A DNA stretch of 64,000 nt, from NCBI GenBank assembly GCA_002482535.1, contig DLGE01000008.1, forward strand, positions 15,157 through 79,156, read 5' to 3'. Positions 21,141 through 30,433 of this stretch are shown piece by piece. The stretch is from Peptococcaceae bacterium UBA7702 (GTDB taxonomy: Bacteria > Bacillota > Dehalobacteriia > UBA7702). Position 1 is the first letter of the stretch. Each line of letters opens with the position of its first letter. Position numbers and translations under genes: made by a program. The notes under the pieces are model-generated. The model was not told the origin of the DNA and did not search any database. It saw nothing but the letters and a program-made list of their open reading frames with translations.

Positions 21141-22993
21141 ACTACAACGTCAATTTCAGTTCCCACGGCAAAAAGGTATCCATGGAAGAAGGAAAAACGC
21201 TGCTTGACGCTGCGGCGGCGGCAGGCATTCCCCTGGAAAGCAATTGCGGCGCCACGGGGAAATGCGGCAAATGCAAGGTGCGGGTCGCCGAAGGTTACAT
21301 TCCCCAGGAGCCTGCTGCAGGGAAACGCTTTTTCTCCGAGGAAGAAACAGCCAACGGCTGGGTTTTGGGGTGTAAGTATGAGATCCGTCAGGATCTTGCC
21401 GTGGAGGTCCCCGTTCAGTTTGACGCCGGCGACCGCAAATTGCAAATGAATTCCTTGCTGGACCAGATCAACATCAATTCTCCCATCAGAAAGGTCTATG
21501 TGGAGATGGAGAAACCCACCATCAAAGACCAATGCCCTGATTACGAGCGGATTTTAAGAGCTTTGAACCTTGACGCCGCCACCCAGAAGCCAAGCCGCGG
21601 CTTGATCAAAATCATTCCCAAAACCATTCGCGACGCGCAGTTCAAAGTTACCGCCGTGCTCCACGGCAATGATCTGATGTGGATCGAAGGGGGAGACACG
21701 ACGGAAGAACGCTACGGCGTTGTCTTCGATATCGGCACCACCACCGTGGTGGCGCTGTTGATCGATTTGAACGATGGCAAGATCAAAGGCGCCGCGGCGG
21801 AAACGAATCCTCAGAATGTTTTCGGCGCCGACGTCATTTCCAGAATCAATTATGCTATGACCAAGGGTGAAGAGGGGCTCGCCCATCTTCATGATAAGGT
21901 GGTAAACTGCATGAATGATTTGGCGCTGCGGGCCGCTGCCGAAGCCAAAGTGGATCATACCATGATTTATGAGGCTACCGTTGTCGGCAATACCACCATG
22001 AGCGAACTGTTTGCCGGTGTTGATCCCACCTATTTGGCGCCGGCTCCCTTTATTCCCGCCTATGTCCACGGCATTGAAATGTGCGGTGGGGAATTGGGTT
22101 TTGACCTCAATCCTGAAGCCATCATCCATCTGCTGCCCAATATCGCGGGCTATGTCGGCGCCGATACCATGGGCGTTATTTTGGGTACCCACATCCACGA
22201 ACGCCCTGATTACTGTATGGCCATCGACGTCGGTACCAACGGCGAAATCGTCCTTGCCGGCAACGGCCGGATTCTCGCCTGCTCCACCGCGGCGGGTCCC
22301 GCCTTTGAGGGAGCGGAAATTAAATTCGGTATGCGGGCCGCTGAAGGCGCCATTGAGGAAGTTTATATCGACAACGAATCCGGCACCTGCCACGTGAAAG
22401 TCATCGGTGATAAAAAGCCCCGTGGCATCTGCGGCAGCGGCCTTCTTGACGCCGTGGCCCAGCTTTACGACGAAGGCATTTTGAATTTCAAAGGCGCTTT
22501 CAATATTTCCGGGGAAGACTACGATAAGATCCATCCCGCGCTAAAAGAACGGCTGGTCAAAACGGATAACGGTTACGAATTTATCCTTACTACGGCGGAA
22601 GAATCGGCCAAAAAGATACCGGTGACCCTCTGTCAGAAAGATGTTCGCGAACTGCAAATGGCCAAAGGCGCTATTTTCGCCGGTATGCGGGTGCTGATAA
22701 ATGAAATGAAAATTACCATCGACGATGTTCAGGAGCTTCTGGTCGCCGGTGCTTTCGGCAACTATATCAAACCGGACAGCGCCCTTTCCATCGGCCTTTT
22801 CCCCGTTCTGCCCAAGGGTGAAATCATTTCCATCGGCAACGCGGCGTCGGAAGGCGGTCGCCTGGCCCTGGTTTCCGGTGAAGAGCGGGAACTCTGCGGC
22901 GAACTGGCCAGAAGAGCGGAATATATCGAACTTTCCAGCCGTTTGGATTTCCAGGACGAATATGTCATGGCGCTCTATTTCCCCACCAAATAA
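21137..22993 (+). CDS. RACo-like corrinoid reductive activase (N-terminal 2Fe-2S ferredoxin + ASKHA/DUF4445 ATPase)
   Basis: Plant-type ferredoxin Cys pattern [12 protein letters not shown], followed by DIGTTTV and DVGTNGE actin-fold phosphate motifs. The ATG overlaps the ispF stop. Confidence 0.7.
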   Translation: MNYNVNFSSHGKKVSMEEGKTLLDAAAAAGIPLESNCGATGKCGKCKVRVAEGYIPQEPAAGKRFFSEEETANGWVLGCKYEIRQDLAVEVPVQFDAGDRKLQMNSLLDQININSPIRKVYVEMEKPTIKDQCPDYERILRALNLDAATQKPSRGLIKIIPKTIRDAQFKVTAVLHGNDLMWIEGGDTTEERYGVVFDIGTTTVVALLIDLNDGKIKGAAAETNPQNVFGADVISRINYAMTKGEEGLAHLHDKVVNCMNDLALRAAAEAKVDHTMIYEATVVGNTTMSELFAGVDPTYLAPAPFIPAYVHGIEMCGGELGFDLNPEAIIHLLPNIAGYVGADTMGVILGTHIHERPDYCMAIDVGTNGEIVLAGNGRILACSTAAGPAFEGAEIKFGMRAAEGAIEEVYIDNESGTCHVKVIGDKKPRGICGSGLLDAVAQLYDEGILNFKGAFNISGEDYDKIHPALKERLVKTDNGYEFILTTAEESAKKIPVTLCQKDVRELQMAKGAIFAGMRVLINEMKITIDDVQELLVAGAFGNYIKPDSALSIGLFPVLPKGEIISIGNAASEGGRLALVSGEERELCGELARRAEYIELSSRLDFQDEYVMALYFPTK

Positions 22994-23002
22994 GGAGCAT
23001 AT

Positions 23003-24274
23003 ATGGATACCATAGGGATCATTCTGCTGCTTCTTGTCCTCGCGGCGCTCACCGTCCTGATTGCGGTAACGCTGACCAAAAAAAGTGGCGCTGCCGATCA
23101 TGAGGTCGCCCGGCTCCACGGGGAAGTGAAGGAGCTGAAAGAAGAACACGCCAGGGAAGCCCGGGCAAACCGGGAAGAAATGGCAAAGCATATCAGCGAA
23201 GTCAACGGCAGCATTCACCGGCAGATCAGCGAGATGAACGCCAATCAGCTGCAACAGATCACCACGCTAACCAAAAACAACGAGGAAGCCGCGGAGCGGC
23301 TCCGTCTTACCGTCGATGGCAAGCTTCGGGAAATGTATACGGCCAACGAGGGAAAACTTGATGAAATGCGCCGTACCGTCGATGAGAAACTGGAAAATAC
23401 ACTGAATAAGCGCCTCGGTGAATCCTTTGGTCTGGTCACCGAACGCCTGGAACTGGTCCATAAGAGCCTCGGCGAAATGCAGGGGCTCTCTACCAATCTG
23501 TCGGATATCAAAAAGATTTTCAACAATGTCAAGAGCCGAGGCGTTTGGGGAGAAGTGCAGCTTGCACAGATTCTCGAAGAGATTTTGACCCCGGACCAAT
23601 ACGTGGCGAAGTTTTCGCCCAAGGCCAAAAGCCAGGAACAGGTGGAATACGCCGTCTGCCTCCCCGGTCGGGACGATCACGACAGCACCGTCTACCTGCC
23701 CATCGACTCGAAGTTTCCCGTCGAAGATTATCAGCGGCTCCTGGACGCTGTGGATCAGGGTGAACCTGAGGCCGTCGCTGTATGCCGCAAATCTTTGGAA
23801 AAGACGTTGAAGACGGAGGCGAAGATGATCTGCGATAAATACATCGCGCCGCCGAAAACCCTGGAATACGCCGTCATGTTTTTACCGACGGAAGGGCTGT
23901 ACAGCGAAGCGCTGCGCCTATCGGACTTCATGGAATACGCGGGAAACAAATGCCACGTCATGGTGGCCGGCCCCACCAATCTCGCCGCCCTCTTAAACAG
24001 TATTAAGCTGGGCTTTCGAACTCTGGCCATCGAGGAAAAGAGCGGTGAAATCAGAAAGCTTCTGGCCATGGTTAAGGTTGATATGGCCAAGTTCGGTACG
24101 GCTTTGGCAAAGGCCCAGAAAAAGATCTATGAAGCCGATCAGACCATTGCCGACGCCAGCCATCGCACGGAGATTATCACAAAAAAATTGAAGCATGTTG
24201 AAGTCACCGGAGAAGGAGAACCGCTCCTTTCTGATGGAAATCAAGAAAATCAAGAAATTCAAAATAGGGAATAA
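23003..24274 (+). CDS. rmuC: DNA recombination protein RmuC
   Basis: N-terminal TM helix, long coiled coil and a C-terminal nuclease-like domain (WGEVQL..YLPIDSKFP). Confidence 0.75.
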   Translation: MDTIGIILLLLVLAALTVLIAVTLTKKSGAADHEVARLHGEVKELKEEHAREARANREEMAKHISEVNGSIHRQISEMNANQLQQITTLTKNNEEAAERLRLTVDGKLREMYTANEGKLDEMRRTVDEKLENTLNKRLGESFGLVTERLELVHKSLGEMQGLSTNLSDIKKIFNNVKSRGVWGEVQLAQILEEILTPDQYVAKFSPKAKSQEQVEYAVCLPGRDDHDSTVYLPIDSKFPVEDYQRLLDAVDQGEPEAVAVCRKSLEKTLKTEAKMICDKYIAPPKTLEYAVMFLPTEGLYSEALRLSDFMEYAGNKCHVMVAGPTNLAALLNSIKLGFRTLAIEEKSGEIRKLLAMVKVDMAKFGTALAKAQKKIYEADQTIADASHRTEIITKKLKHVEVTGEGEPLLSDGNQENQEIQNRE

Positions 24275-24297
24275 GCTCAAAGGAGAACAACAGTATC

Positions 24298-25782
24298 ATG
24301 GCAAATGATTATCGGCTTAGATTCGCACCCAGCCCCACCGGGCCGCTGCACATCGGCGGCGCCCGCTCGGCTTTGTTCAATTATCTGTTGGCAAAGAAAA
24401 ACGGCGGTACCTTCCTTGTGCGCATGGAGGACACCGATCTTGAGCGCAGCAGCAAGGAGTCGGAAGAAAACATCAAAGACAGTTTACGCTGGCTCGGTAT
24501 GGATTGGAACGAGGGAATTGACGCCGGCGGCGATTACGGCCCCTACCGCCAGACGGAGCGGCTACCTCTTTATCAAGAGGCGGTGCAAAAACTCCTCGAC
24601 GAAGGCAAAGCCTACTACTGTTTCTGTTCCGAAGAGGAATTGGCCGGGGAAAAAGAAGAACAGCTTGCCCGGGGCGAAACCCCGCGCTACGGCGGCAAAT
24701 GCCGCAGCCTCAGCAAAGAACAGCAACAGGCCTTACTGGACAAAGGTGTGAAGCCTGTGGTTCGTTTGCGGGTACCGGCGGGAGAGACCGTTGTCATCGA
24801 CGATGAAGTCCGGGGAGAAGTCAGTTTTGATACCGACGGCATCGGCGATTTTATCATCGTGAAATCTGACGGCATCCCGGTTTATAATTTCGCCGTGGTC
24901 ATCGATGACCATACCATGGGGATCAGTCACGTGATTCGCGGGGAAGAACATCTTTCCAACACACCCCGGCAGATCGTGATTTATGACGCTCTCGGTTATG
25001 AAAAGCCTTATTTTGCCCATATCTCCCTGATTCTCGGCAGGGACGACGCCGGAAAACTCACCAAAATGAGCAAACGCCACGGCTCCACCTCTGTGGTGGC
25101 TTACAAGGAACAGGGTTTCCTGCCGGAGGCCATCGTGAATTTTCTTGCCCTTTTGGGCTGGGCTCCCGGTGGTGAGCAGGAACTTTTTACTCTGGACGAG
25201 CTGAAACAGGAATTCTCTTTGGATCGCGTTTCCAAAAGCCCCGCCGTGTTTGATTTGGAAAAACTCAAATGGATCAACGGTATGTATATCAGAAACGCTT
25301 CCGGGGAACGTCTCCTCGGTTACGGCTTGCCATTTTTGAAAAAGGCCGGTCTCGTCGGTGAGGAACCAACCGCCGAGGAAATGATTTGGGCCATGAGGAT
25401 CATCGACGCCCTGAAAAACCATATCAGCTGTTTTGCCGAATTGCCGGAAATCATTGAAAAATACCGCGGCGAGATTGGCTACAGCCCGGAAGTCCTGGAA
25501 AGTCTTAGAGAGTGTCGGGAAGACGCGTTGATCGTGGTAAAAACCATGAAAGAGAAGCTGGAAAAAAGCGCCAACATCAGCGTGGATTCCTATAAGAAGA
25601 TGCTCAAAGAGATCAGCAAAGAAACAGGGATCAAAGGAAGGAATCTCTATCATTCCCTCCGCGTTGCCAAAACAGGGGAGGAACAAGGCCCCGACCTCGA
25701 TAAACTCTCCATCATCCTCGGCCGTGACTTGATGCTGAAACGGTTGAACGCTTTCCTTAAAATGTTCCAGCGTATGGTGTAA
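24298..25782 (+). CDS. gltX: glutamate--tRNA ligase
   Basis: Class I signature motifs HIGG and KMSKR. Confidence 0.9.
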   Translation: MANDYRLRFAPSPTGPLHIGGARSALFNYLLAKKNGGTFLVRMEDTDLERSSKESEENIKDSLRWLGMDWNEGIDAGGDYGPYRQTERLPLYQEAVQKLLDEGKAYYCFCSEEELAGEKEEQLARGETPRYGGKCRSLSKEQQQALLDKGVKPVVRLRVPAGETVVIDDEVRGEVSFDTDGIGDFIIVKSDGIPVYNFAVVIDDHTMGISHVIRGEEHLSNTPRQIVIYDALGYEKPYFAHISLILGRDDAGKLTKMSKRHGSTSVVAYKEQGFLPEAIVNFLALLGWAPGGEQELFTLDELKQEFSLDRVSKSPAVFDLEKLKWINGMYIRNASGERLLGYGLPFLKKAGLVGEEPTAEEMIWAMRIIDALKNHISCFAELPEIIEKYRGEIGYSPEVLESLRECREDALIVVKTMKEKLEKSANISVDSYKKMLKEISKETGIKGRNLYHSLRVAKTGEEQGPDLDKLSIILGRDLMLKRLNAFLKMFQRMV

Positions 25783-25895
25783 GGGAGCCCTTTGCCCTGC
25801 TTTTACCAGTCAATTCTTCTAATGTACACAAAATTTACCCGGATATTCCTTGTCATACAGGGATAAAAAACATAGAGAAGGGTTATAACTATATA

Positions 25896-26024
25896 TAGTT
25901 ACTGAAACGAATGACGCCAACACATTCGTTTGTAATGTAACGTTTTTTCATTGTTTTCCCTTCTTTTGTCAATTTGTTTGCTCTTAGCGCAGATGGTCTT
26001 TGATCATCTGCGTTTTCCTTTTTC
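25896..26024 (+). ncRNA. candidate small RNA, copy 1 (stem-loop + CU-rich tract + intrinsic terminator)
   Basis: Stem GTTAC..AAACGAATG-loop ACGCCAACA-CATTCGTTT..GTAAC. Then TTTTCATTGTTTTCCCTTC. Terminator CGCAGATG/CATCTGCG followed by a T-run. The 5' end is a guess. Confidence 0.4.
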
Positions 26025-26109
26025 CGGTTCACAAAATCCCCATTAAATTTTCTCTCATTTTTCTTTGCCTTGATGAATAGAAAACATAGCCCTCGGTTAT
26101 ATTAGATAC

Positions 26110-26216
26110 AGTTACCGAAACGGATGACGCCAACCAGTCCGGAGGTAACGAGAAAAATTTTTCATTGTTTTCCCTTCCTCAGAAAGGGGCGGATGTCTAC
26201 ACATCCGCCCCTTTTC
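26110..26216 (+). ncRNA. candidate small RNA, copy 2 (paralogue of copy 1)
   Basis: Stem GTTACC..CGGA-loop TGACGCCAACCAG-TCCG..GGTAAC. An identical TTTTCATTGTTTTCCCTTC tract. Terminator GGGGCGGATGT/ACATCCGCCCC followed by TTTT. Confidence 0.4.
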
Positions 26217-26291
26217 AGTTTCCCTGTATCTTCCTTTCCCTGCGGTTCTTTCGACAGAGTCTTTTTCATATACTATACGGGAGGTGGTCTC

Positions 26292-26570
26292 ATGGAAGAG
26301 ACAGCGCATAGGCTGACGTTGCATGACCGCAGAGATCTGCTGCTTACCGGGGTGACCGCGGTGGACAGCAGCGAAAATAAAAAAATCGTACTCAAAACAG
26401 TGCTGGGAGATATGCTCGTGGAAGGCAAGGACCTGCATATTCTTCATCTCGATTTGGCGAAGGGAGAAGCCGCCATCGGCGGCAAAGTCGATTCTCTGCT
26501 TTACGTCGATCCCGCGCAAGCAAAGAACAAAGGACGGGTTAACCGCAATATCGGTAAACTGTTTAAATGA
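26292..26570 (+). CDS. yabP: sporulation protein YabP
   Basis: 92 aa, HRLTLHDRRDLLLTGV..VLKT..L.VEGKDLHI pattern. RBS GGGAGGTGG. It is followed by a yabQ-like gene. Confidence 0.8.
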   Translation: MEETAHRLTLHDRRDLLLTGVTAVDSSENKKIVLKTVLGDMLVEGKDLHILHLDLAKGEAAIGGKVDSLLYVDPAQAKNKGRVNRNIGKLFK

Positions 26571-26571
26571 G

Positions 26572-27117
26572 GTGATGGTCTTGATCGCGTTATTGTCTTT
26601 ATTGGCCATGTTGTTTTGGGGCATGGTGCTCTGCTTCGGCTATCAGTGTTTTCTCCGCTGGACGGATGGTAAAACCTATGGTACAGTCGCATCCATATTA
26701 CAGTATGGCATATGTGGCGTTCTTTGCTTTTTGCTGACAGCACTGTTTCTCTATATTGTCGACCGCGGTCAGTGGGGAATCTACGGTTTTCTCGCCATGG
26801 TCGGAGGTTTCTTTCTCTATCACCAAAAATTTTGGCGGCGGGGAGAGCGGATCGTCAACGCGATTTTTGGCGCTGGGGCCTCACTGGGGGGAGGCGTTTC
26901 CGCGGTTGGCGGCAAAGCCGGCGATGTCGCCGTATTTCCTTTCGGCAAAATTGTGGACAAGGGTGAAAAAATCATGGAAACGGCGGAAAAACAATGGGAG
27001 AAACGGAAATTAGAAAAAGCGGAAAAAGCAGCGGCCCAAGAAAAATCAGAAGAATCAGCCCCGGAAGATACAGCGGAACCGGAAGACGCTGTAGAAAGCG
27101 ACACTGCAAAAGGGTAA
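26572..27117 (+). CDS. yabQ: spore cortex biosynthesis protein YabQ-like membrane protein
   Basis: Four hydrophobic helices followed by a charged tail. Canonical position after yabP. Confidence 0.65.
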   Translation: MMVLIALLSLLAMLFWGMVLCFGYQCFLRWTDGKTYGTVASILQYGICGVLCFLLTALFLYIVDRGQWGIYGFLAMVGGFFLYHQKFWRRGERIVNAIFGAGASLGGGVSAVGGKAGDVAVFPFGKIVDKGEKIMETAEKQWEKRKLEKAEKAAAQEKSEESAPEDTAEPEDAVESDTAKG

Positions 27118-27128
27118 CCTGGTTCTCG

Positions 27129-27413
27129 GTGCTCCTCGGTGTTTTGGTGGTTTTTGCTTTTTTTCGCCAGGGATATGCCCTTTATGCCATGGATCAGGAA
27201 ATTGAGAAGTGGACAGGAAGTCTTGATACGGCCATGACGGAGCGGGAAACCCTCAATACCCAAAAGGAATTGCTCTATGATGCCGATTACATTGCGATTC
27301 TCGCCAGAGAAAAACTGTTTTTCATTTATCCCGAAGAGAAGGTATGGCTTTTCGCCAAAGAAAACGAAAATATATTATCTTCTGTGGAAACAAAAGGGAT
27401 TATCGCGGAATGA
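27129..27413 (+). CDS. septum formation initiator (FtsB/DivIC family)
   Basis: TM helix + coiled coil + DADYIAILAREKLFFIYPEE. The start is ambiguous: GTG at 27129, or ATG at 26994, which would overlap yabQ by about 120 nt. Confidence 0.65.
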   Translation: MLLGVLVVFAFFRQGYALYAMDQEIEKWTGSLDTAMTERETLNTQKELLYDADYIAILAREKLFFIYPEEKVWLFAKENENILSSVETKGIIAE

Positions 27414-27442
27414 TTGACAGTGTTTTTACGGTTCTGTATAAT
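27414..27442 (+). promoter_or_regulatory. consensus sigma-A promoter
   Basis: TTGACA, 17-nt spacer, TATAAT. It starts directly after the divIC-like stop codon. Confidence 0.65.
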
Positions 27443-27476
27443 AAGAACTGTAAATAGAAAGCGGGAGGGATTCACA

Positions 27477-28340
27477 GTGAAAGCGGCCATCGACATCGGC
27501 AGTAACAGTCTGCGCCTGCTCATAACGGAGGAAGTTGCCGGAAAAGTGAACGTTCTCCGCCAGGAAGTAAAGGAAACCCGGCTTGGTGAAGGTTTTCGAG
27601 AAGGGGAGCTGACCTCTGCTTCCATTGCCAGGACTTTGGACGTGCTGGCCCGGTGGAAACAAGAATTGCTTGCCATGGGCCTTGCGCACTCGGTGATTTT
27701 TGCCACCAGCGCGGTGAGAGACGCCGCCAATCAGGATGAATTTGTCCGCCTGATCAAAAACCGCACTGACGAGGACTTGCGGATCCTCAGCGGTGAAGAG
27801 GAAGCCTGGTACTCCTTTACCGGCGCTGTGGGGGGTTTTGCCTTTGCCAAAGAGAACTGTCTTTTGATTGACATCGGCGGCGGCAGTACCGAACTGGCCG
27901 GTTTTGAAAACGGTAAGCTCGCCGCAATCAGTATGCCCTTCGGGGCTGTACGCTGGAAGGTGATGGCCAATCGCCGCTTTGATGTGAAGCGTGCCATGGC
28001 GAAGCAAATCACCCTCCGCCATTTTGACCGGATTGATCATTTTATCGGCGTCGGTGGCACCGTCACCACCGCAGCGGCGGTTTTGGGTGATGTTGCTACG
28101 TACACCAGAGAGGCTGTTCACGGCCGCGCCATCGATTATCAGATGCTACAGGAGCTGAAAGGCCGTCTTTCCGCCATGACTTTAGAAGAGCGGAAGCAGG
28201 TTACGGGGATGCCGGAGGCGAGGGCCGACATCATTCTCTACGGTTTGGAAATTTTAGAGATCCTCTTTGAGCTTCTGCATATACCACAACTGTACGTCAG
28301 CGATTGGGGCATTTTAGACGGTATTCTGACGGATCAATGA
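27477..28340 (+). CDS. Ppx/GppA-family phosphatase
   Basis: GTG start after GGGAGGG. Motifs AAIDIGSNSLRLLI and IDIGGGSTEL. Confidence 0.8.
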   Translation: MKAAIDIGSNSLRLLITEEVAGKVNVLRQEVKETRLGEGFREGELTSASIARTLDVLARWKQELLAMGLAHSVIFATSAVRDAANQDEFVRLIKNRTDEDLRILSGEEEAWYSFTGAVGGFAFAKENCLLIDIGGGSTELAGFENGKLAAISMPFGAVRWKVMANRRFDVKRAMAKQITLRHFDRIDHFIGVGGTVTTAAAVLGDVATYTREAVHGRAIDYQMLQELKGRLSAMTLEERKQVTGMPEARADIILYGLEILEILFELLHIPQLYVSDWGILDGILTDQ

Positions 28341-28440
28341 GGCGATTAAAAAAGCGGTAATAAAAGCTCAAGGAGGGGGACAGTGCGACACCTACTTGTT
28401 GTACGCGCCCTTTTATAAAAACAATTCATTTGCTCTATAT

Positions 28441-28483
28441 AAAGATTTTCTCCCCGGATCAAGCAGGGGAGAAAATCTTTTTT
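28441..28483. terminator. bidirectional intrinsic terminator
   Basis: 15-bp stem AAAGATTTTCTCCCC/GGGGAGAAAATCTTT followed by TTT. It lies between convergent genes. Confidence 0.7.
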
Positions 28484-28553
28484 GATGAAACGTGCCGGTA
28501 AAACCGCCATAACCGATCATGCTGTATTTTTTCGTCTTACGATGGGGGTAGGA

Positions 28554-29570
28554 TTATTCCGTACTGCTTTGCCCCATTGATCCTTCCGCAACGGCGACGG
28601 CAACGGCCACGGTGGCTCCGACCATGGGGTTGTTGCCCATGCCGAGGAAACCCATCATCTCCACATGAGCCGGTACGGAGCTGGAACCGGCAAACTGGGC
28701 GTCTGAGTGCATTCTGCCCATGGTGTCCGTCATGCCGTAGGAGGCTGGGCCCGCCGCCATATTATCCGGATGCAGCGTCCTGCCGGTACCTCCCCCGGAG
28801 GCTACGGAAAAATAGGTTTTCCCCTGCTGCATACATTCTTTTTTATAGGTGCCGGCAACGGGATGTTGAAACCTTGTGGGATTGGTGGAATTGCCGGTAA
28901 TGGAGACGTCGACTTTTTCCAGATCCATGATGGCGACGCCTTCCCGGACATCGTCGGCGCCGTAACAGCGTACTTGAGCGCGTTCTCCAGCGGCATAAGG
29001 GATCTCCTTTACCACTTTGATCAAACCGGTCATATAATCAAACCGGGTCTGTATATAGGTGAAACCGTTGATCCGGGAAATGATCTGGGCGGCGTCCTTA
29101 CCCAGGCCGTTGAGGATCACACGAAGGGGCTCCCGCCGCGCCTTGTTGGCATTGTTTACAATGCCGATGGCCCCTTCGGCAGCGGCAAAGCTTTCATGTC
29201 CGGCAAGAAAGGCAAAGCACTTCGTTTCTTCCCGTAACAGCATTGCGCCCAGGTTGCCATGGCCTAAGCCGACGTTACGGTCGTCGGCGACACTACCGGG
29301 AATGCAGAAGCTTTGAAGCCCCACACCGATGGCTTCCGCGGCGTCAGCCGCGGAGGAAACTCCCTTTTTCAAGGCAATCGCCGCTCCCACCGTATAGGCC
29401 CAGCCCGCGTCATCAAAAGCGATGGGCTGAATGGATTTTACGATTTGAAAAGGGTCGATATTGTGTTCAGCGCAAAGCGCTTTTGCTTCCGTTAAGGAGG
29501 AAATGCCGTAACTGGACAGTACCTCGTCGATTTTAACCATACGACGTTCATAACTTTCAAAAATTGCCAT
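28554..29570 (-). CDS. GGGtGRT-family protein (function unknown)
   Basis: Contains the family signature SGGGTGRT (FSVASGGGTGRTLHPDN). 338 aa. Confidence 0.75.
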   Translation of the reverse strand: MAIFESYERRMVKIDEVLSSYGISSLTEAKALCAEHNIDPFQIVKSIQPIAFDDAGWAYTVGAAIALKKGVSSAADAAEAIGVGLQSFCIPGSVADDRNVGLGHGNLGAMLLREETKCFAFLAGHESFAAAEGAIGIVNNANKARREPLRVILNGLGKDAAQIISRINGFTYIQTRFDYMTGLIKVVKEIPYAAGERAQVRCYGADDVREGVAIMDLEKVDVSITGNSTNPTRFQHPVAGTYKKECMQQGKTYFSVASGGGTGRTLHPDNMAAGPASYGMTDTMGRMHSDAQFAGSSSVPAHVEMMGFLGMGNNPMVGATVAVAVAVAEGSMGQSSTE

Positions 29571-29582
29571 TGTGCTGCCTCC

Positions 29583-30278
29583 TTAATCCTGTCGTGGGTC
29601 CAGGTATTTTACCCCTTGTGAGAATTGTCCGTAAGTACCTTTTGCTTTTTCCAGGGCATCCTTTGAATCTTCGCCTTTTTTGATGAAATCCATCATTTTG
29701 CCAAGGCTGATAAATTCATAACCGATGATCTCATCCTGTTCATTCAAGGCGATGCGGTTGATGTAACCTTCGGTCAGCTCAAGGTAGCGAACGCCCTTCG
29801 CCTTGGTGCCATAGGTTGTCCCGATTTGGCTGCGCATGCCCTTTCCCAAATCATCAAGGCCGGCGCCGATGGGCAACCCTCCTTCGGAGAAAGCCGTTTG
29901 GCTGCGTCCGTAAGCGATTTGTAAAAACAGTTCGCGCATCGCAACATTGATGGCATCGCAGACAAGATCGGTATTGAGCGCCTCCAAAACCGTTTTCCCC
30001 GGTAAAATTTCGGCGGCCATGGCGGCGGAATGGGTCATCCCCGAGCAGCCCAAGGTTTCGATTAACGCTTCTTCAATGATGCCGTCTTTGATGTTGAGCG
30101 TCAGTTTGCAGGCGCCTTGCTGCGGCGCGCACCAGCCGATGCCGTGGGTCAAACCGGAAATATCCTTGATCTCTTTTACCTGTACCCATGTTCCCTCTTC
30201 TGGAATGGGAGCCGGACCGTGGTCTGCACCCTTGGCCACGGAACACATATGCTCTACTTTTGTTGAATAAATCATCAT
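29583..30278 (-). CDS. NifU/IscU N-terminal-like Fe-S scaffold-domain protein
   Basis: Cys-containing GWCAPQQGACKL and ETLGCSGMTHSAAMAAE segments. It lies 12 nt upstream of the GGGtGRT gene. Confidence 0.6.
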   Translation of the reverse strand: MMIYSTKVEHMCSVAKGADHGPAPIPEEGTWVQVKEIKDISGLTHGIGWCAPQQGACKLTLNIKDGIIEEALIETLGCSGMTHSAAMAAEILPGKTVLEALNTDLVCDAINVAMRELFLQIAYGRSQTAFSEGGLPIGAGLDDLGKGMRSQIGTTYGTKAKGVRYLELTEGYINRIALNEQDEIIGYEFISLGKMMDFIKKGEDSKDALEKAKGTYGQFSQGVKYLDPRQD

Positions 30279-30290
30279 TTTGCTCCTTAC

Positions 30291-30398
30291 AAAAAATAAA
30301 AAAAGCCGATACCCCTACTGTTACGTAGAAGTCATCAGCAAAAAGCGTTTCGGCGGCTGCCTTGGGAAACTTCATTCCCAAAATTTATGCTCTTTTAT
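30291..30398 (-). promoter_or_regulatory. structured 5' leader with a U-run immediately before the RBS (possible attenuator or riboswitch)
   Basis: On the minus strand there is a hairpin UUGGGAA..UUCCCAA (30362-30381). A second hairpin closed by GCCGA/UCGGC (30305-30354) is followed by U7AU6 ending 2 nt before AAGGAG. Confidence 0.3.
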
Positions 30399-30404
30399 AG
30401 CGTT

Positions 30405-30433
30405 ATGATAACAAAGTTCTGTGTATTTTTCAA
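30405..30433 (-). promoter_or_regulatory. sigma-A-like promoter for the NifU-like/GGGtGRT operon
   Basis: Minus strand: TTGAAA, 17-nt spacer, TATCAT. Confidence 0.5.

Noticed and set aside
25900-26165. Minus-strand mini-ORFs in the tandem sRNA-like units: MKKRYITNECVGVIRFSNYI and MKNFSRYLRTGWRHPFR, each after GAAGGGA.
   Set aside because: The conserved nucleotide block TTGGCGTCAT is read in different frames in the two copies. Conservation is therefore at the nucleotide or RNA level, not the protein level. The T-runs fit plus-strand terminators.
26112-26624. The listed ORFs 26112-26624 (-) and the 26124-26291 N-terminal extension of the yabP frame.
   Set aside because: Both cross a strong intrinsic terminator (26183-26215). 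yabP has its own RBS and ATG at 26292.
28383-28418. An 11-codon micro-ORF (VRHLLVVRALL) following a strong AGGAGG after the Ppx/GppA gene.
   Set aside because: It is too short to support without conservation or ribosome-profiling data, and it lies just upstream of the bidirectional terminator.
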